NCBI GenBank assembly: GCA_944323685.1
Contig: CALUTJ010000003.1
Location: 67,342 to 131,341, forward strand
Reading direction: 5' to 3'
DNA length: 64,000 nt
Source: Candidatus Gastranaerophilales bacterium
GTDB lineage: Bacteria > Cyanobacteriota > Vampirovibrionia > Gastranaerophilales > Gastranaerophilaceae
Shown: positions 7,919 to 16,293 of the stretch, in pieces
Numbering within the stretch: position 1 is the first letter of the stretch
Layout of the letters: every line of letters starts with the position of its first letter
Translations under genes and position numbers: made by a program
Notes under the pieces: generated by a model
Seen by the model: only the letters and a program-made list of their open reading frames with translations
What the model was told of the DNA's origin: nothing
The model's database searches: none

Positions 7919-9292
7919 ATGAAACAAAAAATCGTAATTATAGGCGGGGGCGCAGCAGGCCCCAAAATAACGGCAAAGCTTTTAAGAACAAAGGATTTTG
8001 ATTGTTCAATAGACTTATACACACAGGAAAATATTATATCTTATTCGGCATGCGGGTTGCCGTATTACATAGAAGGGCTTATCAGCAATTCGGAAAAACT
8101 GATTGTACGACGCCCTGAGCAGTTTGAACAGCAGGGTGCAAATATACATTTAAACAAAAAATGTATAAAAATTATGCCTGATGCTCACAAAATCCTTGTA
8201 CGGGATACTGTTACAGACGAAATACAAGAGGTTGAATACGACAAACTCGCTATTACAACCGGCGCAAGGCCTATAATTCCGTCTATAAAAAACATCGGAT
8301 TGAAAAATATTTTCACGATAAGAACAATTCAAGACGGTGTAAACATACGTCAAAAAATGCTTAACTCCAAAAATGCTGTGATTTTAGGCGGAGGATATAT
8401 AGGCATAGAACTTTTGGAAGCTTTTCACGCCAATAAAGTGCATACAGTCATGATTGAAAGAGAACCGCATATTCTTTCTCTCTTTGACCCTGAAATCAGC
8501 GATATGATTAAAGAACAAATACTTTCAATGGCAAATCGGAATAATGAAAATAATGTTGAAATAATTACCTCTGATGCTGTTGTCGCCTTTGAAGGCAGTG
8601 AAAATGTAGAAAAAGTCATAACACAAAGCGGCAGAATAATTGAAACAGATATGGTTATTATTGCGGCCGGAATACGTCCCAATACGGAAATTGCCGCAGA
8701 TGCCGGAATTGAACTCGGGGTAAGCAATGCAATAAGGGTTAATAATCGCATGCAAACTTCGAAAAAAGATATTTATGCGGCAGGGGATTGCACAGAGAAT
8801 TTTCATCTTGTATCAAGAAATTATGTCTGGATTCCTCTGGGCTCTACTGCAAACAAGCAGGGACGCTGTGCAGCTATAAATATCAGCGGAAAATATGATG
8901 CCTTTGCCGGAATATTAGGTTCGGCCGTAACAAAATTTGACAAGTTGGCAATATCTTTAACCGGATTAACTGAAACAGAAGCAAAAAACTTCGGTTTTGA
9001 TGTTATAACATCGACCATGACCAAAAAAGACAAAGCCGGCTATATGCCAAATGCTGATGATATCACACTCAAACTTGTTGTAGACAGAAGATTAAAAAAA
9101 ATTTTGGGAGCACAGGCTTTTGGCGGAGGTGATGCAGACAAACGTATTAATACAGTGGCCTCTGCTATTTTAGCGGAACAAACGCTTGACGAATTTTTGC
9201 ATCTGGATATGACTTATGCCCCGCCTTTTTCTACTGCATTAGACCCGCTTTTATCAACCGCACTGGTTATAAATAATCAAATTTACAAATAA
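7919..9292 (+). CDS. CoA-disulfide reductase / NADH oxidase family FAD-dependent pyridine nucleotide-disulfide oxidoreductase
   Basis: KIVIIGGGAAGPK FAD motif. SYSACGLPYY is the redox-active single-Cys motif typical of the Cdr/Nox/Npx family. A second GGGYIG NAD(P) motif is present. Confidence 0.8.
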   Translation: MKQKIVIIGGGAAGPKITAKLLRTKDFDCSIDLYTQENIISYSACGLPYYIEGLISNSEKLIVRRPEQFEQQGANIHLNKKCIKIMPDAHKILVRDTVTDEIQEVEYDKLAITTGARPIIPSIKNIGLKNIFTIRTIQDGVNIRQKMLNSKNAVILGGGYIGIELLEAFHANKVHTVMIEREPHILSLFDPEISDMIKEQILSMANRNNENNVEIITSDAVVAFEGSENVEKVITQSGRIIETDMVIIAAGIRPNTEIAADAGIELGVSNAIRVNNRMQTSKKDIYAAGDCTENFHLVSRNYVWIPLGSTANKQGRCAAINISGKYDAFAGILGSAVTKFDKLAISLTGLTETEAKNFGFDVITSTMTKKDKAGYMPNADDITLKLVVDRRLKKILGAQAFGGGDADKRINTVASAILAEQTLDEFLHLDMTYAPPFSTALDPLLSTALVINNQIYK

Positions 9293-9296
9293 AAAA

Positions 9297-9323
9297 CTGA
9301 CGCTTGTTTTGCGTCAGTTTTTT
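9297..9323 (+). terminator. rho-independent terminator
   Basis: CTGACGC-TTGTTTT-GCGTCAG followed by TTTTTT. Confidence 0.85.
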
Positions 9324-9466
9324 GTAAATCCCCAAATCCAGTATTGCCTGATTATTAATTCTTCTATTAGTCCGTTTTGTCTGTGATTTTATATTTCCCG
9401 ATTAGTCTAGTTTAGCCGTTGTTTTAATTAGTCCCCAAATTTAATAGCCGTTTGATGCCTTTTGTC

Positions 9467-9655
9467 TTAGTCAAGCAGTGCTTCTAAGATTTTTGCGTTT
9501 TTAGTTGCCAGTGAGTTTTCTCTGACTTTTTGTTTATGAATATATGTTCTGAGTGCTTCACGGATAAGTTCGCTTCTTGTACGATTTTCTGTTTCAGCAA
9601 CTCCGTCAATTTTGTTTAAAAATTCTTCGGGCATTGAAATTAAAACTCTTGCCAT
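9467..9655 (-). CDS. ribbon-helix-helix (CopG/Arc-type) DNA-binding protein
   Basis: MARVLISMPEEFLNKIDGVAETENRTRSELIREALRTYI is the RHH pattern. I prefer ATG at 9655 (GGAGG 8 nt upstream) over the track start at 9670. No partner toxin ORF is visible. Confidence 0.65.
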   Translation of the reverse strand: MARVLISMPEEFLNKIDGVAETENRTRSELIREALRTYIHKQKVRENSLATKNAKILEALLD

Positions 9656-9958
9656 ATTTATTTCCTCCAATTTGTTAGGTCTGTAATCTCTTTTGTGGTT
9701 TAGCTTTTGGATTGTTTAATCCTTACTCTTATATAAAGTATTTTTGAAATAATTTATTGCTAAAATTTATCTACAAAATATATACTTATTTTAAAAACCC
9801 TTGCTATTATAACGTTTTAGCGGCTTAACAAAAGTTAATATTCTGTAAAAGCCAGTTTATTTTTAACAAATTTTACAATTTGAGCATTTTAAGTCAAAAA
9901 GCAATAATGTTTTGTTTTAATAAAAACGTGTGAAAGTTTAAGGAATGAATGTAAAGTT

Positions 9959-10339
9959 ATGAGCGTACCGGTTTCATCGCCTCAAATACAGACTATGCCT
10001 GTTCAGCCGATAGGCGCATATTCTCTCAACGGCAGCAAAGATTTTAGAGCCGGACATTTTGTTGTGAATCCGCCGCCTATTGCCAAGTATTCTTTTTATG
10101 ATGAAATATACGTTGATCCGAATTTTTACAAACAGCTTTTAAACCCTAAAAGCAAGGCTTTTTATACAAAATCTACAGCTGCACCTCAAAATGAAACAAC
10201 GAAGAAAAACAAACTGTTAGGTGCCTTAAAAGTTGCGGTTTTTTTAGGCGGCGCTTTTCTTGCATTTAAGTACCGCAGCAACATCAAAACTTTTATAATC
10301 AACACTTTTAACAAAATAAAAAACTTGTTAAAAAAATAA
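9959..10339 (+). CDS. hypothetical tail-anchored membrane protein
   Basis: Proline-containing N-terminal region. One C-terminal TM segment (LLGALKVAVFLGGAFLAF) followed by a basic tail. Confidence 0.45.
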   Translation: MSVPVSSPQIQTMPVQPIGAYSLNGSKDFRAGHFVVNPPPIAKYSFYDEIYVDPNFYKQLLNPKSKAFYTKSTAAPQNETTKKNKLLGALKVAVFLGGAFLAFKYRSNIKTFIINTFNKIKNLLKK

Positions 10340-10398
10340 ATTGAAATCCCTTCTTTAACGGGTAAAATTTTTTACAAAGACAAACATTAAAATTAAAA

Positions 10399-11145
10399 AT
10401 GAATTCATCACAGCAAAATAACCCTGAAAAAAAGAATACGCAAAAAGAATTTTTTCGTTTGACAGGTCAGCAAATATCAGTCAATATACACAAGTATGAA
10501 AAAGTCCTGAACAAACCTCAGGTTACTATTTTCAATAAAAAACAGCTTGATGAAATCGAACAGGAAAAACAGGAAAAGCTTTTGTTTAAGCGTCTTAACT
10601 CTACAGATGCTGCAATGTTGGAGGAAAGTGCTTATAAAGTAATCGATAATCCCGAACTTAAGCTGGAAAATCGTATTTCAAAATACGAAAAAGCTTTGGA
10701 CGAAGTCAGTGAAAAACTTATTGTTGCGCAGACAGTGCAAGACTTAAAAGCACAAAAAGAGCTTGCATATAAAAAAGCTGTGCTTGAAAAAAATCTTGAG
10801 TTCCTGAAAAAACAATACAGCGAACATAGTTTTGAAACTGGATTTGCTCATTTTATTACAAAGGCGCTTTTGCTGCCTCAGAATTTAAAAACGAATTTGA
10901 TAAAATATTTTAAATCCATACTTTTACACACAAAATTTTTAAAACATTTTAAACCTCTTGCCAGAGCAATGGCGGTCAGAGAAACAATCGGCAAGCTGAA
11001 CAAAATAAATAAATCGGTTGATGAACTGGTTAAAATGAAGGTGCCTTTCGGCGAGCAGGAGGAAAAATACGAAACTCTTGTTAATCATCTACAGAGAGCC
11101 GGAGCTTTGCATTCACAAATATTGAAAGAGTTAAAAAAGAGTTAA
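10399..11145 (+). CDS. hypothetical coiled-coil protein
   Basis: Long K/E/L-rich ORF with no recognisable motif. Confidence 0.45.
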   Translation: MNSSQQNNPEKKNTQKEFFRLTGQQISVNIHKYEKVLNKPQVTIFNKKQLDEIEQEKQEKLLFKRLNSTDAAMLEESAYKVIDNPELKLENRISKYEKALDEVSEKLIVAQTVQDLKAQKELAYKKAVLEKNLEFLKKQYSEHSFETGFAHFITKALLLPQNLKTNLIKYFKSILLHTKFLKHFKPLARAMAVRETIGKLNKINKSVDELVKMKVPFGEQEEKYETLVNHLQRAGALHSQILKELKKS

Positions 11146-11152
11146 AAAAGAG

Positions 11153-12469
11153 TTAAACGGCCGGCCGGATAATTGACTCCATATATTCTAGCGATCGTTT
11201 GGAAAGCAGTTCGTTTTTTATTTTTTTATTTTTTTTAATTTTTTTATCAACGTCAAGTTGTGCAACTATGCCCCAGTTTGAATTTATCGGCTGAAAATGC
11301 TTTTGTTCGGCGGTTGTAATGTATTTCATCAAGGCACCAAGCATTGTAATATCGGGAAGAACAAGCAGCTCTTCTTCTTTTAACATCTTTGCCATATTTA
11401 TTCCGGCGAGCATACCTGTTGCAATTGATTCGCTGTAGCCTTCAGTTCCCGTAATTTGTCCGGCAAAAAACAGGTCTTTGCGATTTTTGCATTGCAAAGA
11501 AGGTTCAAGCAGCATCGGGCTGTTTATAAACGTATTCCTGTGCATAACACCGTAGCGCAGTATATTTGCGTTTTCTAACCCCGGAATGGAATGCAAAAGC
11601 TCTTTTTGTGCTCCCCACTTAAGGTTTGTTTGGAACCCGACAAGATTGTACATAGTGGCGGAAACATTATCCTGTCTGAGTTGGACAACCGCATAATTTT
11701 CAATGCCTGTTCTTTTATCAATAAGACCGACGGGTTTCATCGGACCGTATCTCAATGTATCGACTCCTCTGGAGGCAAGAACCTCTATCGGAAGGCATGA
11801 TTCAAAAAATTTAGCGTCTTTTTCAAATTCTTTAAGTTCGATTTTAGGAGCATTAATCAAAATATCGTAAAATTTTTCGTATTCTTGTTTGTTCATCGGA
11901 CAGTTTATGTAAGAAGCTTCGCCTTTATCATAGCGGCTTGCATAAAACGCTTTGTCAAAGTCAATGGAATCTTTTTCCACAATCGGAGCTATTGCGTCAA
12001 AAAAGTGCAGGTGTTCTCCGCCGCCGAGTTTTTTTATATCTTCGGCAAGCGAATCTGAGGTCAGTGGCCCTGATGCAACTATAACCGGTGAATCTTTAGG
12101 TATTTCTTTGACTTCTTCTCTTATCAAATTTATTTTTGGATTTTCTTTAATAAGATTTTCAACTTTTTGTGAAAACACTGTCCTGTCAATAGCAAGAGCA
12201 TTGCCTGCAGGAACTTGAGATTCTTTTGCAATATTTATAAGAAAAGAACCTAAAGCAGACATTTCATGTTTTAAAAGCCCGCTCGCATTTGCAGGGTCAA
12301 GGGAACCCAGACTGTTGCTGCATACAAACTCTGCTGGTTTGTCAGTTGTGTGGGCGCCTGTTGTTTTCAGAGGGCGCATTTCATACATATCGACTTCAAA
12401 TCCTTGTTTTGCAAGCTGTAATGCTGCTTCGCTTCCCGCAAGACCTGCGCCTATAACTTTTACTCTCAT
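11153..12469 (-). CDS. trmFO: methylenetetrahydrofolate--tRNA-(uracil54-C5)-methyltransferase
   Basis: MRVKVIGAGLAGSEAALQLAKQG FAD motif. 438 aa, Gid/TrmFO-like throughout (…FFAGQITGTEGYSESIATG…). Confidence 0.93.
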   Translation of the reverse strand: MRVKVIGAGLAGSEAALQLAKQGFEVDMYEMRPLKTTGAHTTDKPAEFVCSNSLGSLDPANASGLLKHEMSALGSFLINIAKESQVPAGNALAIDRTVFSQKVENLIKENPKINLIREEVKEIPKDSPVIVASGPLTSDSLAEDIKKLGGGEHLHFFDAIAPIVEKDSIDFDKAFYASRYDKGEASYINCPMNKQEYEKFYDILINAPKIELKEFEKDAKFFESCLPIEVLASRGVDTLRYGPMKPVGLIDKRTGIENYAVVQLRQDNVSATMYNLVGFQTNLKWGAQKELLHSIPGLENANILRYGVMHRNTFINSPMLLEPSLQCKNRKDLFFAGQITGTEGYSESIATGMLAGINMAKMLKEEELLVLPDITMLGALMKYITTAEQKHFQPINSNWGIVAQLDVDKKIKKNKKIKNELLSKRSLEYMESIIRPAV

Positions 12470-12480
12470 GTTTTCACCCG

Positions 12481-13488
12481 TTATTGCGCCATTTCGTCAT
12501 AAGACTCAAGGTCGTTGTAGTTGTACATATTAACAAACTGGTATAAAAGCTGGGGAGTGAATTTTTTTGAACCGACCTCAAGCATAACTCTTAAAGCTTC
12601 TTTTGTATTTTTTATTCTTGTCGGGGTTCTGTTTGAAGTCAAGTCGTCAAAAAAGCTGCATAATCCCACAATACGTGCCATTTCACTAATTTGTTCTCCC
12701 GACAACTTGAACGGATATCCGGAGCCGTCGTTATTTTCGTGGTGTTCTAATGCTACAAGGCAGATATCTTCAGGCATTCCCATTTCGTGTTTTAGAATTT
12801 TATAACCGATTTGTGTATGGGTTTGAAAAATTTTTGTATCTTGCTGGGAAAGTACTGTTTTTTCAAGAATTTCTTTAGGCAGTTTTGTTATCCCGATATC
12901 ATGCAAAAGTGCCGCTTTAGTCAATTTTTCAAGATAATCTTCATCAACATTGAGTTTGTAGCCTAAAGCAGTGGATAAAATAGCAGTATTCAATGAATGG
13001 CAGTCATAATAATTGCCCAGCAGTTTTAATTGTGAACAGTATTTTACATCCGGCAGTATTGCGTGAATGTCATCAAGGATTTTATCCTTAATTTCGCCAA
13101 TCATTTGTATTGCTTCCTGCGTTGCATTATCTTGCAGTGCAAACATTGTTGTGGCAAAATAAGACTTCATATCAACCTGAGCTTGGGCTTTTATTTTTGA
13201 TTTTCTGTTTACTGTTTTATCAAAAATAATTTCTCTGGGTTTTTCTTTTTCAAAAGAACCAGATTCTTCCAAACCCGTGTAATCATCGAATTGTCTTTTT
13301 TGCTTTTTGGAACCCGAATTTTGTTGTTTTGGCATATCTTTATATATGTGTTCATACTGACTGATTTGTAAGAGTTTGCCCGAAGTTAATATTTCACCTG
13401 CATTAACAAGTTTTTCCCCGTTGTCGTTATATAAATCAAAGGGGAGCATTTTGAATTTTACTAACTCTTCTACATCAATCTTTTCCAT
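12481..13488 (-). CDS. HD-GYP domain protein (putative c-di-GMP phosphodiesterase)
   Basis: LLHDIG ... HHENNDGSGYPFKL are the HD and GYP signatures. The N-terminal ~150 aa are of unknown function. Confidence 0.85.
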   Translation of the reverse strand: MEKIDVEELVKFKMLPFDLYNDNGEKLVNAGEILTSGKLLQISQYEHIYKDMPKQQNSGSKKQKRQFDDYTGLEESGSFEKEKPREIIFDKTVNRKSKIKAQAQVDMKSYFATTMFALQDNATQEAIQMIGEIKDKILDDIHAILPDVKYCSQLKLLGNYYDCHSLNTAILSTALGYKLNVDEDYLEKLTKAALLHDIGITKLPKEILEKTVLSQQDTKIFQTHTQIGYKILKHEMGMPEDICLVALEHHENNDGSGYPFKLSGEQISEMARIVGLCSFFDDLTSNRTPTRIKNTKEALRVMLEVGSKKFTPQLLYQFVNMYNYNDLESYDEMAQ

Positions 13489-13601
13489 ATTAATATAATT
13501 ATATTCAAGTTAAAGGCTTTTGCCAACAATTTGTTTATATAAAATTTTGAATTATTGGTATAATATAAACAGGATTTTGTAAAACATAAAGGGGACGAAT
13601 T

Positions 13602-14279
13602 ATGATATCGCTTCAATACATAGGGCATAGTGCGTTTTACATAAAAACAGGCGGTTACGGGATTTTAATCGATCCGTTTATAACCGGCAACCCTAAAGCC
13701 GTTTTTGATTTGAACAACAATATAATTACAAATATTTTTGTAACTCACGGACACGGTGATCACCTCGGTGATGCGATACCGTTATCAAAATCACACAATG
13801 CTGAGATTTGTACAATTTTTGAGCTGGCTAACTACTGTATGTCAAAAGGTGCGAAAGCTCACGGTGCAGGTATGGGCGGGAAAATAGATTTCCCCTGGGG
13901 AAGCGCAAGGCTTTTGCCTGCTTTTCACAGCAGCTCTACCCCTGAAGGTTATTATGCAGGCATGCCTGCTTCTATTCTGTTTGACATAAACGGAACAAAA
14001 ATTTATCACGCAGGTGACACCTGTTTGAATTCAGAAATGAAAACTGTCGGGGAAATTTACAAACCGGATATTGCTCTTTTGCCGATAGGTTCTAACTATA
14101 CAATGGATATCGAAGAAGCAGTTGTTGCTTCAATCTGGCTTAATGCGAAGGAAGTTATCCCTATGCACTATAATACGTTTGATTTGATTAAAGCTGATGC
14201 GCTCAAGTTCAAAACGTCAATAGAAGCTCTGAATAAAAAATGTACGATTCTTAACCCCGGTGAAGGAATAAATCTTTGA
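13602..14279 (+). CDS. UPF0173-type metallo-beta-lactamase-fold hydrolase
   Basis: IGHSAFYIKT...ILIDPF...THGHGDHLGD contains the HxHxDH motif. Confidence 0.85.
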   Translation: MISLQYIGHSAFYIKTGGYGILIDPFITGNPKAVFDLNNNIITNIFVTHGHGDHLGDAIPLSKSHNAEICTIFELANYCMSKGAKAHGAGMGGKIDFPWGSARLLPAFHSSSTPEGYYAGMPASILFDINGTKIYHAGDTCLNSEMKTVGEIYKPDIALLPIGSNYTMDIEEAVVASIWLNAKEVIPMHYNTFDLIKADALKFKTSIEALNKKCTILNPGEGINL

Positions 14280-14293
14280 TAAACAATAAAAAA

Positions 14294-14415
14294 TGTCCGA
14301 GAAAAATTCGTGATAAGGAGCAAAGCGACGTGAACGAATTTTTGGAGTGTCACATTGAAAAGGTGAGCAGTGACGGCTCGAAGGCTCGAGGCGGCAACTG
14401 CGACACTAGATTAGA
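14294..14415 (+). repeat. 122-nt interspersed GC-rich repeat, copy A
   Basis: 97-98% identical to 18392-18513. 96% identical to the reverse complement of 52669-52790. Confidence 0.9.
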
Positions 14416-14428
14416 AAAAGCTGCATTG

Positions 14429-15388
14429 ATGATTATCCCGACAGGAGTCGGAGCATCTATCGGCGGTTATGCCGGTGATGCAAGTCTTTATGCACAAAAA
14501 ATAGCCAAACATATTCCTCTGATTGTCAATCCCAATATTGTCAATGCTGCGGTGTTTTCAGGTATTACAGAAAACATGTTTTATGTGGAAGGATTTGCGA
14601 TAGAAGAGTTTGTCAAAGGCAATATCGCTCTTGTTCCTTCAAAAAACAACAAAATAGGAATTATCTTTGACAGAGCAATCAGTCAAAGTGTTTTAAATAT
14701 ACATATAAACACGATAAATGCTCTTAAAACTGTTTACGGCATTGATGTAACAGGCTATGAAATCACTGAAGAAAGTGCGGGGGTTGAATTTTTTACAACT
14801 CAAAGCGGTGCTTCATCAGGCAGGGTAAATAACCCGCAAACTCTTTTAAAAGCCGGGCAAAAACTTTTGGATAACGGAGCTAATGCGCTGGCTGTTGTTT
14901 GTGCGTTTGAAGAACCGCCTGAAGATGATTACGAAAACGGGGACGGTGTTGATATTGTCGGCGGTGTTGAGGCTGTAATATCTCATTATCTGACTAAAAA
15001 GCTTATGTGCCCCTGTGTACACGCACCCGCATTTGAAGATGTAACAATTACGGACAAAAAAGTTAATCCTAAAGTCAGTGCGGAATATATTACCCCAACG
15101 TTTTTGCCATGTCTTTTGTTCGGGTTAAAAAACGCTCCGATGCTTGTAGATTTGAACAATACAAAACCTCCGGCAAATAGCATTACCGTGAAAGATTTGC
15201 ATTCTGTATCAGTGCCTTATAATGCCCTCGGGTCAAGTGTTGTTATGGATGCTCTTGCTGCTGATATTCCTGTTTATGCAGTAAAAGAAAACTCTACTGT
15301 CTTAAATATCGACAAAAGTATTCTTAATTTATCTGAAATTAAGGAATTGCAAACATACGAAGATTACGTAAAAGTACTGGATAATTAA
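14429..15388 (+). CDS. DUF3326-like protein (cyanobacteria/plant-type family, from memory)
   Basis: MIIPTGVGASIGGYAGDA... The track ORF starts at TTG 14276, but its first 51 codons are the intergenic repeat, which is non-coding in the other copies. ATG 14429 is therefore preferred. Confidence 0.6.
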   Translation: MIIPTGVGASIGGYAGDASLYAQKIAKHIPLIVNPNIVNAAVFSGITENMFYVEGFAIEEFVKGNIALVPSKNNKIGIIFDRAISQSVLNIHINTINALKTVYGIDVTGYEITEESAGVEFFTTQSGASSGRVNNPQTLLKAGQKLLDNGANALAVVCAFEEPPEDDYENGDGVDIVGGVEAVISHYLTKKLMCPCVHAPAFEDVTITDKKVNPKVSAEYITPTFLPCLLFGLKNAPMLVDLNNTKPPANSITVKDLHSVSVPYNALGSSVVMDALAADIPVYAVKENSTVLNIDKSILNLSEIKELQTYEDYVKVLDN

Positions 15389-15390
15389 AT

Positions 15391-16293
15391 ATGAATAAAA
15401 AAGCATACAATCTTGCGGAAATGGTTATGGTGATTGCAATAATAGGTTTTATTGTAATGCTGTTGTATAATACAATAAATCCTTCATATAAGGCAGTTCC
15501 TCTCGCTTATTCAAGAGTTTTTACCTCTCTGGAAGATGCAATATATAATTCTTATGAAAAAATTAAACAAAAAAATGCTCTTTTCCCCGGAGAAGGTCAA
15601 AATCCTGACCCTTTTAAATCCGCACAACAGCTGTGCAAACTCATAGCAGCCTCTCCGTTTGAAGAAGAGGAGAGTTCCGGCTATATAAACACTGTAGTTT
15701 ATAATTGCGGTGAAAATTTTCAAACCGTGCCTGAATATATTAGGAGTAACACTTTTAATGAGAGCAATATGGCTTTTCAGGCAACAAATTCTATGAAGTT
15801 TTATATTTCTCCTCTTCAGCAGGTAAAAATAAAAAATGCGGTGAGTGAAAAACAAATAGTTACAATAAGATATTTTATTGTTTGGGTTGATTTAAACGGC
15901 AAAAAAAGACCGAACAGTGCATTTATTAATAAAAAAGGGATTATAGATATAGTGCCTTTTATTGTTACGACCAGGGGGAATGTTTTGCCTGCCGGTTATC
16001 CGACTACCGATATGCGCTATTTTTCCGCTTATGTTCAGTATCCGCTTGATAATACTCCGATGTCTTCTCAATCAAGAACGTATTATGATGCGCAAACGGC
16101 TGCGTTTAACGGCAGAGAATATCCGTTTTATGATGTTTTTTCAATAAGAGATTCCATTTTAAGACAACATCAGGGTACTGCTCTTGAGATAAAATCTTTT
16201 AGCCCTCAAAGCAGCACTTACGATAAGCCTTGTAAAATTAAAAAATCTACTGATGAACCTTTGTGTAAAGTTGAAATAAATGACAGATTTTAA
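15391..16293 (+). CDS. type IV pilin-like (prepilin-type N-terminal domain) protein
   Basis: MNKKA/YNLAEMVMVIAIIGFIV: a class III signal-like segment with Glu at +5. Ala replaces Gly at the cleavage site. Confidence 0.55.
   Translation: MNKKAYNLAEMVMVIAIIGFIVMLLYNTINPSYKAVPLAYSRVFTSLEDAIYNSYEKIKQKNALFPGEGQNPDPFKSAQQLCKLIAASPFEEEESSGYINTVVYNCGENFQTVPEYIRSNTFNESNMAFQATNSMKFYISPLQQVKIKNAVSEKQIVTIRYFIVWVDLNGKKRPNSAFINKKGIIDIVPFIVTTRGNVLPAGYPTTDMRYFSAYVQYPLDNTPMSSQSRTYYDAQTAAFNGREYPFYDVFSIRDSILRQHQGTALEIKSFSPQSSTYDKPCKIKKSTDEPLCKVEINDRF

Noticed and set aside
14294-14415. MITE / IS-derived interpretation of the 122-nt repeat.
   Set aside because: No terminal inverted repeats (TGTCCGAG... versus ...CTAGATTAGA). 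No flanking direct duplications. No transposase in the window. This cannot be excluded genome-wide.
14294-14415. Self-cleaving ribozyme (hammerhead/twister-like) in the repeat.
   Set aside because: I could not find the CUGANGA...GAAA hammerhead core or any other core I can recall. GUGAUAAG is only superficially similar.
14331-14428. Possible small protein encoded inside the 122-nt repeat (GTG with AAGGAG 9 nt upstream; MNEFLECHIEKVSSDGSKARGGNCDTRLE...).
   Set aside because: The frame is not conserved. Copy B has TGA after 6 codons. Copy D is frameshifted by a 57-nt insertion. All A-vs-C substitutions in this frame are nonsynonymous. The tails after the repeat are unrelated.
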